DNA of 60,310 nt, the filler included, from Sphacelaria rigidula (Eukaryota), in the NCBI GenBank assembly GCA_964200075.2. It is 3 parts of 3 records of this genome, joined end to end, with 100 filler letters (N's around TTAATTAATTAA, not from the genome) between each part and the next. Parts side by side here need not be neighbours in the genome. Positions count along the whole stretch, not along the records: positions 20,142 to 40,178 come from CAXNAA020000578.1; 2 more parts are not named here. The stretch is one strand, 5' to 3'. This document shows, in pieces, positions 26,601 to 39,515 of this stretch; the first letter of the stretch is position 1, and each line of letters begins with the position of its first letter. Below the pieces are notes generated by a model, which saw only the letters and a program-made list of their open reading frames with translations, was not told the DNA's origin and did not search any database. A program made the position numbers and the translations under genes.

Positions 26601-29600
26601 GAGACCAAGCCGTCTTCGTAAGAGTCTGAATACACCACAGCCCAGTGGCAGCTACAGCACATGAGAGGGCGTGACTGTATTCGTACTGCAGCACAGTGAA
26701 ACAGAACATATCTCATGTGTTGATCCTTCCCCTGATTTTAAACCGGTCCTCAATGTTCCTCAATTTTGCCGAGTGCCGATTTTCAAACGCCCGGCCATGA
26801 TCGCGTTTTGCGCGATAATATTTTTAATTCACATTTGAGTTACCGCTATCTGTGGGAGGTGTGCCTCCCTCATGGGGGCCGTCCAAAATTTGATTGAAAA
26901 AAAAACGCCGTGCTTTGCCTACGAGTACTGCGATTTTGAACGGAGACAAAAGTACACTCTCATGACACCAAATTGTAGTTGCATATACATTGAGTTGGCG
27001 CGACCTAGGAGTTCGTGCTCCCGTGCAACTGCACCCGAAGAAGACATAACGGTTGCGCAGCCATCACGTGACCTTTCCAACTTCGCCTCGGCAGCGTTTG
27101 CATATTTGTTCCCACCTTATTTCTGTACAGACCAGACCACAGCGGCTGTACAGCAGCTCAGACAATCTACAGCGCAGATCAAACCGTGTTCGTAAGTTTT
27201 CAACGCACCACAGTGCTACAGCGACAACGGCAGCATAGAAGTTATGGATGTGGGCACGAAGCGCGCTGTGGGCTTTGTAGACGACAGACAGCGCATCGAA
27301 GACGCCGTATTGACGTTTCGGCAGTGTCTAGCCTTTGTGTACCGACCGGGACACAACAACAGTACAACAGTTCAGGCAATCCCCAGAGCAGATCCAACGG
27401 CCTCGGCAGGGATCGCTGGCACCAGACCACCGTGTCAGTTACAGGACAGCAATGACGGGTCTGGGCACGAAGCGCTTTTTTCGTTGCGAAAAAGACAACA
27501 TCCAACACGCACATACTATATTTTCAATTTTGACAAGACAGCGTTGCGTGACGACTACAGTTTCATACAAAGCGGAACCAAGCAACATTACAGCTGCTCA
27601 GGCAATTCCAGCAATAGACCAAGCAGGTGGCGCAAGGTCTACGCACAACACAGTACAGCGCAAGGTCTAAACGCACCACAATACGGTGAAAGCGGCAGCG
27701 CATGAGAGAGATGTGAGTGTTCGCTGTAGCACAGTAAAACATAACATGTATCATATTTAACTTCTCCTAATTTTGAGCAGTGTCTTGAAACATTAGACGA
27801 AAAGAAAAAAATATATAACCTTTTAATTTAATTAATCAGAAAATAAATACTAAATACTATAAAAATAAATAAAAAAAGGAGCCCAAACTAAATTAGATAC
27901 TGCGGCATGCATGGGCTCTAAAAATATATTTGGGTAAATACCCATGAAAACTTTGGGTCACGAAGTGTTGAAAATGGTCTCCCGATTTTCAACGCCCGGC
28001 CAAAATGTAGGGCCCGCTCAAATTTGGGGGTTCAGTTTTGTTTAATATCGTCTTCCGTGAAAGCTTTTTTTTTTTGTTACCACCCGTTCAATAATTTGAA
28101 AAAAAACTTCAAGGGCAGGTCGAGTAGAGTATACTCAATTGCGGAGTATTCTGAAAGACGTACTAGAGGTACTCAAATTAGGGTAGAGTGTTAGGGGTCG
28201 TACCCAAAAAAATAACTGGAAAATGATCCCTTGAAACCTACCCCCAATTTATGTACTTCAAGTACGACTTTCAAAATACCCCGCAATTGAGTATACTCTA
28301 CTCGACCTGCCCTTGAAAAACTTGAAACGGCTCCGATAAGAGTCGGTCTGTTGTAGGTGGGCGTAGGTCGCCATCCATGTCCACTTCGTTCATGTTGAAA
28401 TGGCAACCTATCGGATCAGAATTTTCGTTTCCCGCCGCATGTTTTCGTTCGAAAAATGATTCGCTGAAAGGCCATGTCGTGGGCAAATTTGTTTCGATCA
28501 AAAGTTACTGCGACGTGGAACACCAAATCGAATCGATTCGCCAAGAGACGCTCGAAGACACGGACTCGGTCTCTGTACAACGGGGAGCACGAGATACGAT
28601 ATTAGATCGTACTTTAAGGTTTCACTTTTATCATCTCATAGCCGTTTTCGAAGTCGGACATCCTTCGGCACAACAGCTGGTGTACACACAAGAAGCACGG
28701 CATACGAGACAGTATGCTTCGATTCTGCGGATTGGCATATCTGTTTGAACTTTCGGGTTACTCTGGTTAAAGACGCGTTACTTGTGGCGCGGAAGCCTTG
28801 TGCCTGGGCGAACGTCGACGACATCCGTCGCTCCTTTGTTTGCCGAAAATGTCAGGCTCGATCCCGTAAGTCGCCGCAAATTCAGTAAAATCAATCTGAG
28901 GCCTGAAAACGGTGTGCAGTAGGCAGCCCCACCCAACCTCGCGTCGTTTAACTTTTCTTTTTTTTGAGAAATTGTTGCGTGCGGGGGTCGGGGGGGTTAT
29001 AGCGTGGGAAAATCCGCAAGCAGAATCGAGTTTTTACGAATATTTCGACTGCGCCTTGACTATCGAAAAGCCAACCATTCACATGTGGTACAGGAGAGAT
29101 ATGAGTGCTGTACCGTGCCTTCACCGGCGACATCCTCCCTGGGTGAGAGCCGCGTTTCACGCCGGAGTATTCCGTAGTTGACTGTGTCACCACTAATCGT
29201 TGCCTTGTTGGGGTCTTCGTCGAAGTGCGGCAGTCGCTCCTTATCGCTCCCCTCCCACCCCTATTGGTTTGTTGAGAAGCAGTTCTGAAGCGTTCCTTGG
29301 GTTGTCATTCGTGTCGAATTGAATTGCGTATCCCATCCCTCACGGCGCCCCCCCACCCCCTATTCGTCGTGTCCCTTCTTCCAAGCGAGAGATGGAGGAT
29401 TGAACAACGTTTAAGGCGTGCGAAGAAGTAGTTTGACGCCCCGCCCCCGTGTTGCGTGCGTATCAACTTCTCTCGCGCCGTGTTCCATCACACACATCGT
29501 AAGTTTTTTTTTTATCAACGCGGTATGAACGCATGCTCCAGTTTGTCAAGCCGAAAAAATCACGACCGTCTCTCGTGTGTGTAATCGTCGTGTGTCTGTC

Positions 29601-30654
29601 CCCTCTGCTCTGCATATTCCCTACCACCCCTACCAACCTAGGGACGATTCCAAATTCGCGACCTGCCGGCAGCCTCGAGCGCTGGGTCCGACTGCAGCGT
29701 AAAAGCTGTCTCAGAGGAGGATGACTTTGCCATCCCAATCGTCCAGGATGGAAAACTTGTCCCGTGAGTTTCTGGAGTTTTTTTTCCAACATATGTACCT
29801 GTATCCCGTGGTGACGTGGCCCTCCTTTTGAGAAAGCAATATACGCTGAAGACGGAACGCTTCACCCGTGACCTATTTCAATTAATTTCCCGTGGCGACC
29901 CTTATTGTAGACCCTAAACGCTCGCATCGTGCGTTCCGAGGATATTTGTTGCAAGGGATTATTGCCCAGCGGGAGTAAGGGTGGGAGGCACTTATAATCT
30001 TGCTTGCACGCCCGTAGTCATGAGACCATTGACCTCGCATCCCTACAAAGCCAGGACGGAGCACACCAGGTTTTTGCCGGACCAGGTTGGCGGGGGTGGG
30101 AAGGGGGGAGGCGTGTCTTGCGTACCATAGCTATTGCATGCCGAATGGAGTAAGAACCCTCAACGCAGGCCGTATAATGGTGAAACGAAATACATTAGGT
30201 CGGGAAACTGCAGATTCATTTCCGGTAGACGCATCTGGCTTTTTCCCCAGGAAGCATCTGGTTTGTCGCCGTGAGACATGGACAGAAAGAAGTGTTTACT
30301 TGACCAAGTTCGACGCGGCGCAAGATTTCTCAGACGATCCGCGATACCACAGTCCACAGCGAGTAGCGGGGGAGATATCAATCCCTTCAATCCACTGGCC
30401 CGTCTGCTCTCAGGATTGTAACGGGTTGAACTAGAGTAAGAGTGACGTACATGGCCTGATATGACATGGGTACACATTCGTGTAGCCGAACCATGAAAAT
30501 TTGAACGCGTTGCATTGACGGTATACTCTGCTGTCTATATGGTCTCCTACTACTGGGCCACCGTCAGCGAGACATCTATTTTCCATAGGCTATCTTGCAC
30601 GGGTGTTGACACCGGTTAGAAAAGTAAGTAAGTTATATTCTTGTCTCGTTTTAG

Positions 30655-30685
<31 letters not shown>

Positions 30686-33600
30686 TCTCTTTCTTTTTGT
30701 TTCGTTTTTTTTTTTTTTTTTCTTTCTCTTCTTTTATTTTTNNNCTTTTTTCCTTAGGCTTTCTTGCCCGGGTGTTGACACCGGTTTGAAAAGTAAGTAA
30801 GTTTTTTTTTTTTCTCTTTTTTGCCCCCCCCCCCCCCCTTCTCTCGAGTTCTCGAGTTCTTTATGGAGCGATTGTTTTGTTTTTTACCCTGGACGCATCT
30901 ACTTGTTGCCACTGCTGCATTCGCAGCGGGTCGTCTGTTGTATCAATCAATCTGTTACACGGGCGGTGCCCGCGGTTTGACTGATATGTCCACTCAGTCA
31001 GCCTCCATGTTCGACATAACCTGCAGGATTAAAGTCCTGTACTCCCACTACCCTCCGAAAGGGGCGAACATGCCCTCGTTGTCCATCGAACTGAGTAAGT
31101 AAAGAGTCCACACTTCCTTGCCCCCCTCGGCAATGTGCCCGAATGATGCACAACGGAAAACGCTATAAAAGTCACCCTCGAGATGCGTACTTTTTGCCCC
31201 CTCCACCTCCCCCCTTCCCCCCCCCCAGCGTATCTCAAAAGGCACCATACCCGATATGCTGTTGCCTCTCTCTGGAAACCGCTCGTCCGCTCTGCAATTT
31301 CCGCCTGTACGCGCAGATCACCGTTATCAACACCGCGCTCGCGAACACGATCTCGAACGGAGGGCCATGATCCATTTCCTGTCTTGCACGATCCGCGCCA
31401 AGGTAGGGATGCCGCTAGCGGAGAGATCTTAAGCAGCACCTCGACGGACGCGGTCGTGCCGTACCCATCGGCTTCAGCGGCAGCAGGGGCGGCGGGGGCG
31501 GTGGCGACAGCGGTAGTGTCGGCTACCGCTGGAGAGCCAGTGAAGCGCCAAAAAGGGCGATTCAAGCTGCGAGATCTCGGGGAGATTCAGTCAGGACCGC
31601 CAACCCCTGTTGCTGGAGCGCTAGGTGGCAGTGGTGGTGTCGGTGGTGCTGCAGTTGTTGCTGTAGGACAAGGACAGCTATCCCAGCAATCTCAAACGCC
31701 GGCGCAACTGCCGGGAACCCTATCCGATGTTTCTATTAGCACGGCGGGGGAGCAGCAACCGACGGGTGTAGTAGTGGCGCCAGGCGCAGGGGCGGCGGCT
31801 GCCACGGCCTCTCCGGTCGCCGTTGCGCCTCTGGACGTGCAGGCCTCAATTATTCTGCTAATGGAGCAAAACAGGCAAATCTTGGATAAGCTGGCTACAT
31901 TAGTGCCCGAGACGTCCGCGCCTTCCACTTTGGCGGCGGCAGCGGTTATAGCGTCGGGTTCGGCGGCGCAAACGCAGGCAACGGTGGCGACGGCGACTGC
32001 GGCGGCCGCGGTGGCGGTTGAGAGCCGTTATCAGTTCGTGAGTAACAATAACCCGCCTCCTGGGGTCGACAGGTCGCGCACGAGTAGCATGACCGCGCTG
32101 ACTCTACAAACGCCGTTGCCGCCGAAACCCCCCAACCTGTACGGGGCGGGAAGCTCAGGGGACCGTAACGTGTCCCCGCTCACGCGAGACACCCCCTCAG
32201 GGTGGTGGGGATCCCAACCGGCGCAAGTACAGCCGGGGCCTGGTGGCGGCGGCGGCGCGCAGGGTTCCGCGGGAGGGGGAGGGCCCCAGGGGCAGGGCGG
32301 CCAGCCTCCACGAAGGCCAGTAAGTGCTGGGATTAGTAGCAGAAACAGTGTCGATTCTGCCATGTCCACCGCAAATGCTGGCGGAGGTGGGGGCGGTGGG
32401 AGTGGGGGCGGCGGGGCAGGGGGTTCGACGTTGACTGTGTCGGCGAGAACTAAGGATGATGGGACCGGACGACGAGCGGAGAGGGGGCGACTGAGCACGT
32501 TGATTGACCAGTTGAAGGACGAGATTGATTTCCACGCGACGGCAAAGCGGGATATGGATCTTGAGTTGAAGAGGGTGAGTTTTTATTTGTGTTCTCGGCT
32601 TGTTTTGATTTGATCAGCGCATTATCCTTGGCTAGCTTGAGAGCCCTACACATCGATGTGTTGATACATTTTGCAAGCTCACGTGTCCTTACTTTGCTGG
32701 CAGTTGAGCATGCAGAGTGCCCACTGAAATTCGGGCTACACCCGTGTGATATGCTGGCTGGTTTCGGTCGTACGCTGATAGACTTGCGGACATGCCATCT
32801 CTGACTCGACACGAGCGGAGCGTACACGACGGTCCATCTTGTCCCATGACAGCTACGTGGTTTTGTCCTGCGCGGTCCATTTTTTCGATCGTTACCGTCG
32901 GCTACAACGACCCAATTTGACAGCCATGGACGGAGCAGCCTGTACTCTTAGGTCAAATCGTGGTGGTGGCCGATCACGTCAAGATGTTCGCAGTCCCTGT
33001 AACTCATGATACAACGTTTCTACACGAGGGTCCTCGCGCTGCGTCTTCCTGTTTGCGTGTGCCGTGGCGCACATGCCATTTTGCCTCACGAAGCAATGTG
33101 TCGACTCTATTTGAAGCAGTCGAAAATGGGAAGGTTTTCGCCACAACGGCAGGAGTAATGCCTTCGATTTTCCCGGTTCTGATGATACCTACATATGCGA
33201 GTGGTAATCAGCAGCAGTAACACAGAATGAGAGTATGGAAGGCTTTACGGTTGATGAAATTCCATGGCGTTTGATGGCGACCAGATATTTCAGCCCGTTC
33301 TTGACGCAGTCGCACGTCGGCGAGGATCAAATCTTGTGCGCAGCAAATCTTGTGAGCACACAAGGGACTACACTACGGAAGACCGACTGTGTGACCTTGC
33401 GAGATATCCCTTTCTTGGGTTCGGCTTCTGTTCAATATGCCGTCTTGCAGGTGCGGCAGCGACACCGCTTCATGGAGGACAGGGCAGCGGAGGAAAAGAG
33501 CAAGGTTACGGCGGCGGAGGGTCGGATAGCGAAACTACAGGTGAAGATCAGGGCGATGACGGAGGAGAACAGGGTCTTGAGCGACGAAAACAAGAAGCTC

Positions 33601-34158
33601 CATCAGATTCTGCAGCAATTGCAGGTAAAAAAAAAATAGTGGACGGTGACCCTGGCAGGGTTTTCCTGTTAAGGCTAATGTTGTAGACGTCCTTCTCGGC
33701 TCCCCCCTTTTCGACTTTTGTACAAGATGGAAGCCATGCTCGTCTTTTTTTTAATCCGTTTCTATTGTCAATGAGGGAGGCATCGTTTCAAGGCCTGCTT
33801 TGATAGCGTCGAAGGACGCGTGCGCAATTACTCCGTATCCACGACAGTGACGTGGCGTGCATTTACGCCCGGGCAAAACCCCCGCGCGTGCCTGACGTCT
33901 GCGGCACGGGTTGCTTGGGTCAAACACGAAGTTTCCTGATGAGAAGACGTTGCTCTCGAGAAGCGCGTGGTATGGTGCTGTTAAGTCTGTGCGAAAGAAG
34001 CGCACCACAAAATGCCCACCCTACTGTGAAATTGTGTGTTCCTGGTCATGTTGTGAGCGAGCTTGTGCCTGCATTGGTCTTGGCTTCGCCCTTTCACTCG
34101 TGTTGTTGATACTAGGATTCAGGATTCCCGCTGCCAAAACCGAACCCGGTCGCTGTGG

Positions 34159-34189
<31 letters not shown>

Positions 34190-34447
34190 TCAACACAACA
34201 CGTCCGGAAATTCTTCGCCCCCAAATAAAAAGGACGTTGGCGGTGGTGGCGGATCTAGCAACGTGAATGCGGGCAATAATGCCTCCACGACTACCTCCAA
34301 CTCACAGACGGGTAAGGCCGCGGGTGGCGGCGCAGGTAGTGGCGGCGCAGGTGTCGGCACGGGCGGAATGCCGTCCAAGAATCTCTCAGGCAGCACTACT
34401 GGTAAGCAGATCACCCAAGGCCAGCCATCGCCGCAGCAACAGCAGCA

Positions 34448-34495
<48 letters not shown>

Positions 34496-34558
34496 ACAAC
34501 ACGGAGTGCAGGCACCAGTGGACGGAATGTGGATGAGGCCGAGCGGGCATCCGCCTTC

Positions 34559-34597
<39 letters not shown>

Positions 34598-34599
34598 GC

Positions 34600-34630
<31 letters not shown>

Positions 34631-36331
34631 TCATTCCGGTCCTAGTTCTCAGGGTAGTGGCGTGGCGGCTCGCGGCAAGCCGCCAAGCATGGGGCACGCG
34701 AATCGGGTATCTCCCACGTCTGGAGGGCTAGAGGATCCGAGGTCTCCGCCAAGGCAGAGGCGCGATTCGATCACCGAACAATCCGAAGCTGTAAGTGTTA
34801 CGAATGCGTTGCTATCTCGACGAAGTAACGTGGATGGGAAAAAGAAGGCTGCAAAAAAGAAGACTGCAAGGGCAGGTCGGGTAGGATACACCCGATTTTT
34901 TGGTATTTTGAAAAGTGGCACATCACCTGCCTAGGTCAGTTACACCGACTTTTATGGGCTTTAGAGGGGGGGGGGACAAAACCACTGGGCTGGCTGCTGC
35001 TGTGGGCATGGATCGGAACTCCACTTTTCGAAATACCACAATATCAGGTATACCTTACCCGACCTGCCCTTGGAAGGTTGTTGTCGCGCATGTCATGCTT
35101 TGCCAAGAGACTTGGGTCTTATCGCACTTCACAACTCCAACAGCTACGCTACCCCCCGCCCCCCTGGTCCGCCCCCCTGGTCCGGCGAGCATCCGACGTG
35201 CTCCGTCCCGGCTTTGTAGGGGCGGACCTCCGATGGAGTTAGCGTCGGTTGGCGATGACGCTATGAAACACGCCGCTCACTGAATAAGCTAGGCAACCAG
35301 CTTACCGATTTTTTTTTGCTCGCTTGCGTTTTTTTCGCGGTAACCATGATGATACTCAAGCTAGATCATGCTATGCAGCGTGGGAGAACCTCGACTCCGC
35401 ACAATGGGGATTGTCGTACTACGTAGTGTTTGAATGGTGAGGCACCCATGAGGCAGTGTATAAGCCGGGATTGTCTGTGGAAGTGGTGATGCAAGAAAAT
35501 GAAGCAACTCATTGTAGGCTGCCATCAAAATGCAAGATAATCAGTACGCTTCGACCAAGCAATCTTAGCAGGATGCAGCTTACCCTTCAAGCGACTCGCT
35601 GAACACAGCACGGCGCTTCGCGCTTGATGATTCAGTACGAGCCTGGTCCGACGAAAACCCGGCGTGCTCCGTTCCGCCTTTGTAGGGGTGCGAGGTTAAC
35701 GGTCTTATGATGATGGCGTGCAAGATCATGTGCACCCCCATCCCCCGCCACCTCTTTTCCTGATGGCAACGCTCCCTTTGTTACAGTCGGCCGCGAAGGG
35801 TCAAGCCGCAAAAAATTTGCACTGGCGTCGCGAGAGCCTCGGCTCAGTCCTCGGTGCCGGCGGGATGGCGCCGATGGGCGGCCCTAGTCAGAGCCAGGGT
35901 CCATGGCAAGGAAAGACTTGGCCTCCGCCAGGACAAGGTGGGGGACAAGTGTTGTCCGCAGCAGCATCAGGAGCAGGAGGGGGGCCGGGCCCAGGCCCAG
36001 GGACGGGAGGGCGAGGGCCGCAGCAGGGACAGCAAACCCCACCGCAGGGTATGCCAAGTCCAAGTTCCGGCCGCGGGCAGGTGTCACCACAGGCACAGCA
36101 GCAACAGGGTATGCATGGCAGCGGTGGCAGCGGTGGTGGGCAGGGGCAACCAGGCGGACGAGGCGGCGGTTTGCAAGGGCAGCAGCAGGGTGTTGGTATG
36201 CAGGGGGGGGCGGGGCGAGGGGGGCACGGGGGTGGCGCACCCCCTCCTCCCGTACATCAAAACCAGCGGGCGAATAACGCGCTTGCTAAACCGCGGGGGT
36301 CGATAAATCTTGGGACCCAGCAGCCCCAGCC

Positions 36332-36374
<43 letters not shown>

Positions 36375-39300
36375 CAACCAGGAATGCAGGTGTGTGTTCA
36401 GGGAGGCGGTGCGATGGGTGGGATGGGCAAGTAGAGGGAAACAGAGTCGGTGACGGGGCGTGACGGTACATTATCCGGAAACGTACGAGAGCGGGGGCCG
36501 GAACGGTATGGCAAGGTGAACTATGCTGCTTTGGGGTAGGAGTAGAGGATCAGGGGCTGCCGCGCTTGCCGTATATGTGTCCCCGTTGTTTGCTGGTTGA
36601 CGTGTTAGATCGTATGTGTCCAGATGGGCGTTGTTGTGTCAAGCAAAGGGTGTGCTAGTTTTCATTCTCGGCTGCGCGACGGTATAAGTCAAGTTGTGAC
36701 AAACGACTTCTTGTAATCGAATTGGCGGGACTGGGCGAATTCGTCATTTTCGGGCCGAACGACTGAACCTCCATTTTCGTTCTTGCTCCTGTTGCCGCTG
36801 CCTTTGCTCGTATAATACGCACACATCACTGAAAAAAACTGCTGATCTTCGACTTGGGGTGGGGGGGTGCACCAGTATGGTCAACACGTACCGAACCGTT
36901 CGGTGTGGTCTTCGGGAATACTCTCCCTTCGTAACCGTCCGCTTTAGGCGAGCTGCACGTCCTGGTGTAATCTACTTGTGGTGGGTTTGGGATGGCCCCG
37001 CCTCTTCACGCTCTTGTGTCTTCCTTTTTTTTATCGTGCGGACCATATGAGGAAATATCTTGTCATATTAGTCACCGTCGAAGGCTACGAGCAGCTTTGT
37101 ATGCCCTGGTCGTGACGGCCTGGTGCGGTAGTTGTGTTTCCGTTGCTATACTGCTCGAAGCAAATCGAGTGAGCACTGCTGTGCGAATCACGTCTCACGA
37201 CTCGATTCTCTGTTTTTCATACGCTTTTTGTAACTTAATTTCAGGTTTCATGGATAGCGTGAACACTCTGTTTGATGGCAAAAATCACTGCTGAACTGTG
37301 ATGGAAAACGTGTTGATTTTGCCGTGAGTAGGATCGCCGACTCCGTCACCCTTGTAACTTTGTAAGTCCGTAAACCTCGATAACTGTAGCTGACTTCGAG
37401 TGTCAACGAAGGATGGCACGGTGCTCATCACTTCGAGAACAGGGCTATTCCACCCGCCATACCACGATCAACCTTGCCCCCCGGACTCCCAGCCACCGAT
37501 CACCTGCCTACCGCCGCCGACCTGCCGCACGGCTAGACGCCTCACCCGCACATGGCCCTTGCCATATTACCTGGTCACTACACCAAGTTCAGGCTCCCCC
37601 CACATAGCCACTGACTTCCGCGACCGCAAACACGTGCGCCCGCGACGCTCCTCTCCGTCCGTTGTTGTCTTTTCCCTGCGCCCGATTTTTTGGAAATGGT
37701 AGTGGCGTTTGTAGTGGTGTTGCTTCTCGTCCACTTTTCATGTTGGGGTGTGTTCGAAGGAAGTAGTACTCGTTTTGTTAATAACTCATGTACCTCCCCC
37801 TCCCCTCTATGGCGTCGGCGAAAACCCGACGTGCTCCGTCCCGGCTTTGTAGGGGCGGACCCCTATGGGATTGGCGTCGGTTGGCGATGACGCTGTGAAA
37901 CACGCCACTCACGGCGTAAGCTAGGCAACCCACTTTTTTTGTTTCCGGTAACCATGGTGCTGGTCGAGCTAGATCATGTTGTGCAGCGTGGGAGAACCTC
38001 GACTCCGCACAATGGGGATTGTCGTACTACGTAGTGTTTGAATGGTGAGGCACCCATAAGGCAGTGTATAAGCCGGGATTGTCTCTGGAAGCGGTGATAC
38101 CAGAAAATGAAGCAACTCATTGTAGGCTGCCATCAAAATGCAAGATAATCAGTACGCTTCGGGCCGAGCAATCTTAGCAGGATGCAGCTTACCCTTCAAG
38201 CGACTCGCTGAACACAGCACGGCGCTTCGCGCTTGATGATTCAGTACGAGCCTGGTCCGGCGAAAACCCGGCGTGCTCCGTTCCGCCTTTGTAGGGGTGC
38301 TAGGTTAACGGTCTCAAGATGATGGCGTGCAAGACCATGAATACACCCCCTCTGTGGCGTCGCCATCTGTATTTGCTTGTTTCAACGTGCCTACTTGTGA
38401 TTAGGTGGGCGTGATCTGCTCTTGTTTTGTCACTTTTCCACTTGCATGCAACTAACCATCCCGTAACCCTTCCCGTCCCGTGCCATTCCCTCTTATTTTT
38501 TCTACTTCTTTGTCCGTTCTACAGTCTGGTAAGTCAACGAGCAAAGGTAGTCACCGCCGGACGGACTCGGGAGAACGCCTCAGTGGAGAACGCCTCAGTG
38601 GTATCGCCGCATCGCTCGCCAGCAGCAACAAGGCCAGCGCCGCTGCTGCCGCTGCTGCCAGCAGCAGTGGCAATAACACGAATGGCGCCGCAAACGGTGT
38701 GCCCAGCGGCACAGCGGTCGGAGTCGGGGTCGGGGTTGGCGGGGGGGGCGGCGGCGGCAGCGGCGGGGGGGGGGGGGGGGGACCAAGGACCGCCGGCCCC
38801 CACGGCGGGGGGGGGTGAGGGGGGAAAGGCGCTGTGGAGGNNNNNNNNNNGGGGGGGGGGGGGGGGGGGGGGGGTGGGGGGGGGGGGGGGGGGGGCGGGG
38901 GGGGGGGGGGGGGGGGGAGCACCAAAGACCATCGCGCCCAACAGCGTAGGAGGTTTCGCTGCTAATCCCTTCGGCCCGCGACGGCATTCGTCGTTCGTTC
39001 CAGCTCTGTCTCAGATGCCTCCCGTGAATCAGATTCAGGGCCAGGCGGCAGGCGGCGGCGGTGGAGGGGTGAGTGGTGGAGCTGGGTCGGGGTCTTCGAA
39101 TGTAGGTAGCGGCGGTAACAGCGGCGCTGGCGGCGGGAGTGTCGGAAATAAAAATCACGTCGTTCATGGCGGACAGATGAAGAGCCACGGCAGCGGGGGT
39201 AGCGGAGGAGCTGGTGGCGCTGGCAGTGTCGGGAAAGGCGGGGGTGAAGGACCCGGGGGGGGGGGTGGGCAGGGAGCCGGGGGAAAGCAACACGAGATGA

Positions 39301-39515
39301 TGCAGGCGGCGATCATGAATTCATTTGGGAGGTCGTCAAACGGTCTATCGTCTAGCCCTTCGGTGGGGAGTGGGGTGGTTATTCCGGGCGCAGGAGGCGT
39401 GGGAGTTGCGGGTGCAGGCGGAGCAGGCAGTGGGGATCATGCGGAGGATGTCGGGCGAGGGCAGGGCAAGGGTGTTGGGGGCGTTGCGGGGAGTGGGGGA
39501 TCGTGGTGCCTATAA
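20641..39515 (+). CDS. Six-exon gene for a low-complexity (Gly/Ser/Gln/Ala) protein with a central coiled coil; exons 20641-21026, 31317-32574, 33451-33624, 34116-34790, 35787-36389, 38525-39515
   Basis: All five introns are GT..AG with matching phases (2,0,0,0,0), giving a continuous frame: ...GGHAR|SPLSTP...LELKR|VRQRHR...LQQLQ|DSGFP...QSEA|SAAKG...PGMQ|SGKST...GSWCL*. Heptad segment RLSTLIDQLKDEI...ENKKLHQILQQLQ. The frame switch in exon 6 falls in a poly-G/N low-quality stretch (38740-38920). Confidence 0.8.
23941..24272. repeat. Three tandem ~100-110-bp hairpin (foldback) units in intron 1
   Basis: Unit 1 CCCTTCGACCGCG...GATCTGTTGAATCGG-loop-CCGATTCGACAGATC...CGCGGTCAAAGGG (23941-24049); related units at ~24056-24153 and ~24160-24270 share the TCAGGTG(T)AAA loop. 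Confidence 0.75.
28110..28315. mobile_element. 206-bp hAT-type MITE, copy 2
   Basis: Long near-perfect TIRs (CAAGGGCAGGTCGAGTAGAGTATACTCAATTGCGG) and a perfect 8-bp TSD AAAAACTT (28102-28109 / 28316-28323). Confidence 0.93.
34159..34630 (+). repeat. CAG/CAA trinucleotide tracts encoding poly-Gln (exon 4; another at ~36330-36380)
   Basis: Runs of CAG/CAA in frame with the predicted exons. Confidence 0.9.
34867..35072. mobile_element. 206-bp hAT-type MITE, divergent subfamily (copy 3)
   Basis: TIRs CAAGGGCAGGTCGGGTAGG...CCTTACCCGACCTGCCCTTG; 8-bp flanks gaagactg/gaaggttg (6/8); same length as copies 1 and 2 but a different interior. Confidence 0.85.
35177..35735. mobile_element. ~550-bp dispersed non-coding repeat, copy A (intron 4)
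   Basis: Highly similar to 37816-38345; a ~45-bp direct repeat (CCTGGTCCGGCGA..CCGrCGTGCTCCGTyCCGsCTTTGTAGGGG) occurs at the start and again near the end. Confidence 0.85.
37816..38345. mobile_element. ~530-bp dispersed non-coding repeat, copy B (intron 5)
   Basis: Homologous to copy A in the same orientation; flanked by a ~16-bp direct repeat CCCCTCT(A/G)TGGCGTCG (~37802-37817 and ~38347-38362), consistent with a long TSD. Confidence 0.85.

Noticed and set aside
30601-30840. Duplicated GGGTGTTGACACCGGTT..AAAAGTAAGTAAGTT with homopolymer runs
   Set aside because: Flanks a 3-N join among poly-C/T tracts; probably a redundant overlap from assembly.
34190-34630. Poly-Cys and poly-Leu ORFs on the minus strand
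   Set aside because: Antisense readings of the CAG/CAA poly-Gln tracts.
35240-35670. Hammerhead-ribozyme-like GATGA...GAAA motifs in the ~550-bp repeat
   Set aside because: The core reads CGATGA or TTGATGA rather than CTGANGA, and I could not build the three stems by eye.
38740-38920. Apparent frameshift in exon 6 of the low-complexity gene
   Set aside because: Falls in poly-G runs with Ns; a sequencing artefact is more likely than programmed frameshifting or pseudogenisation.
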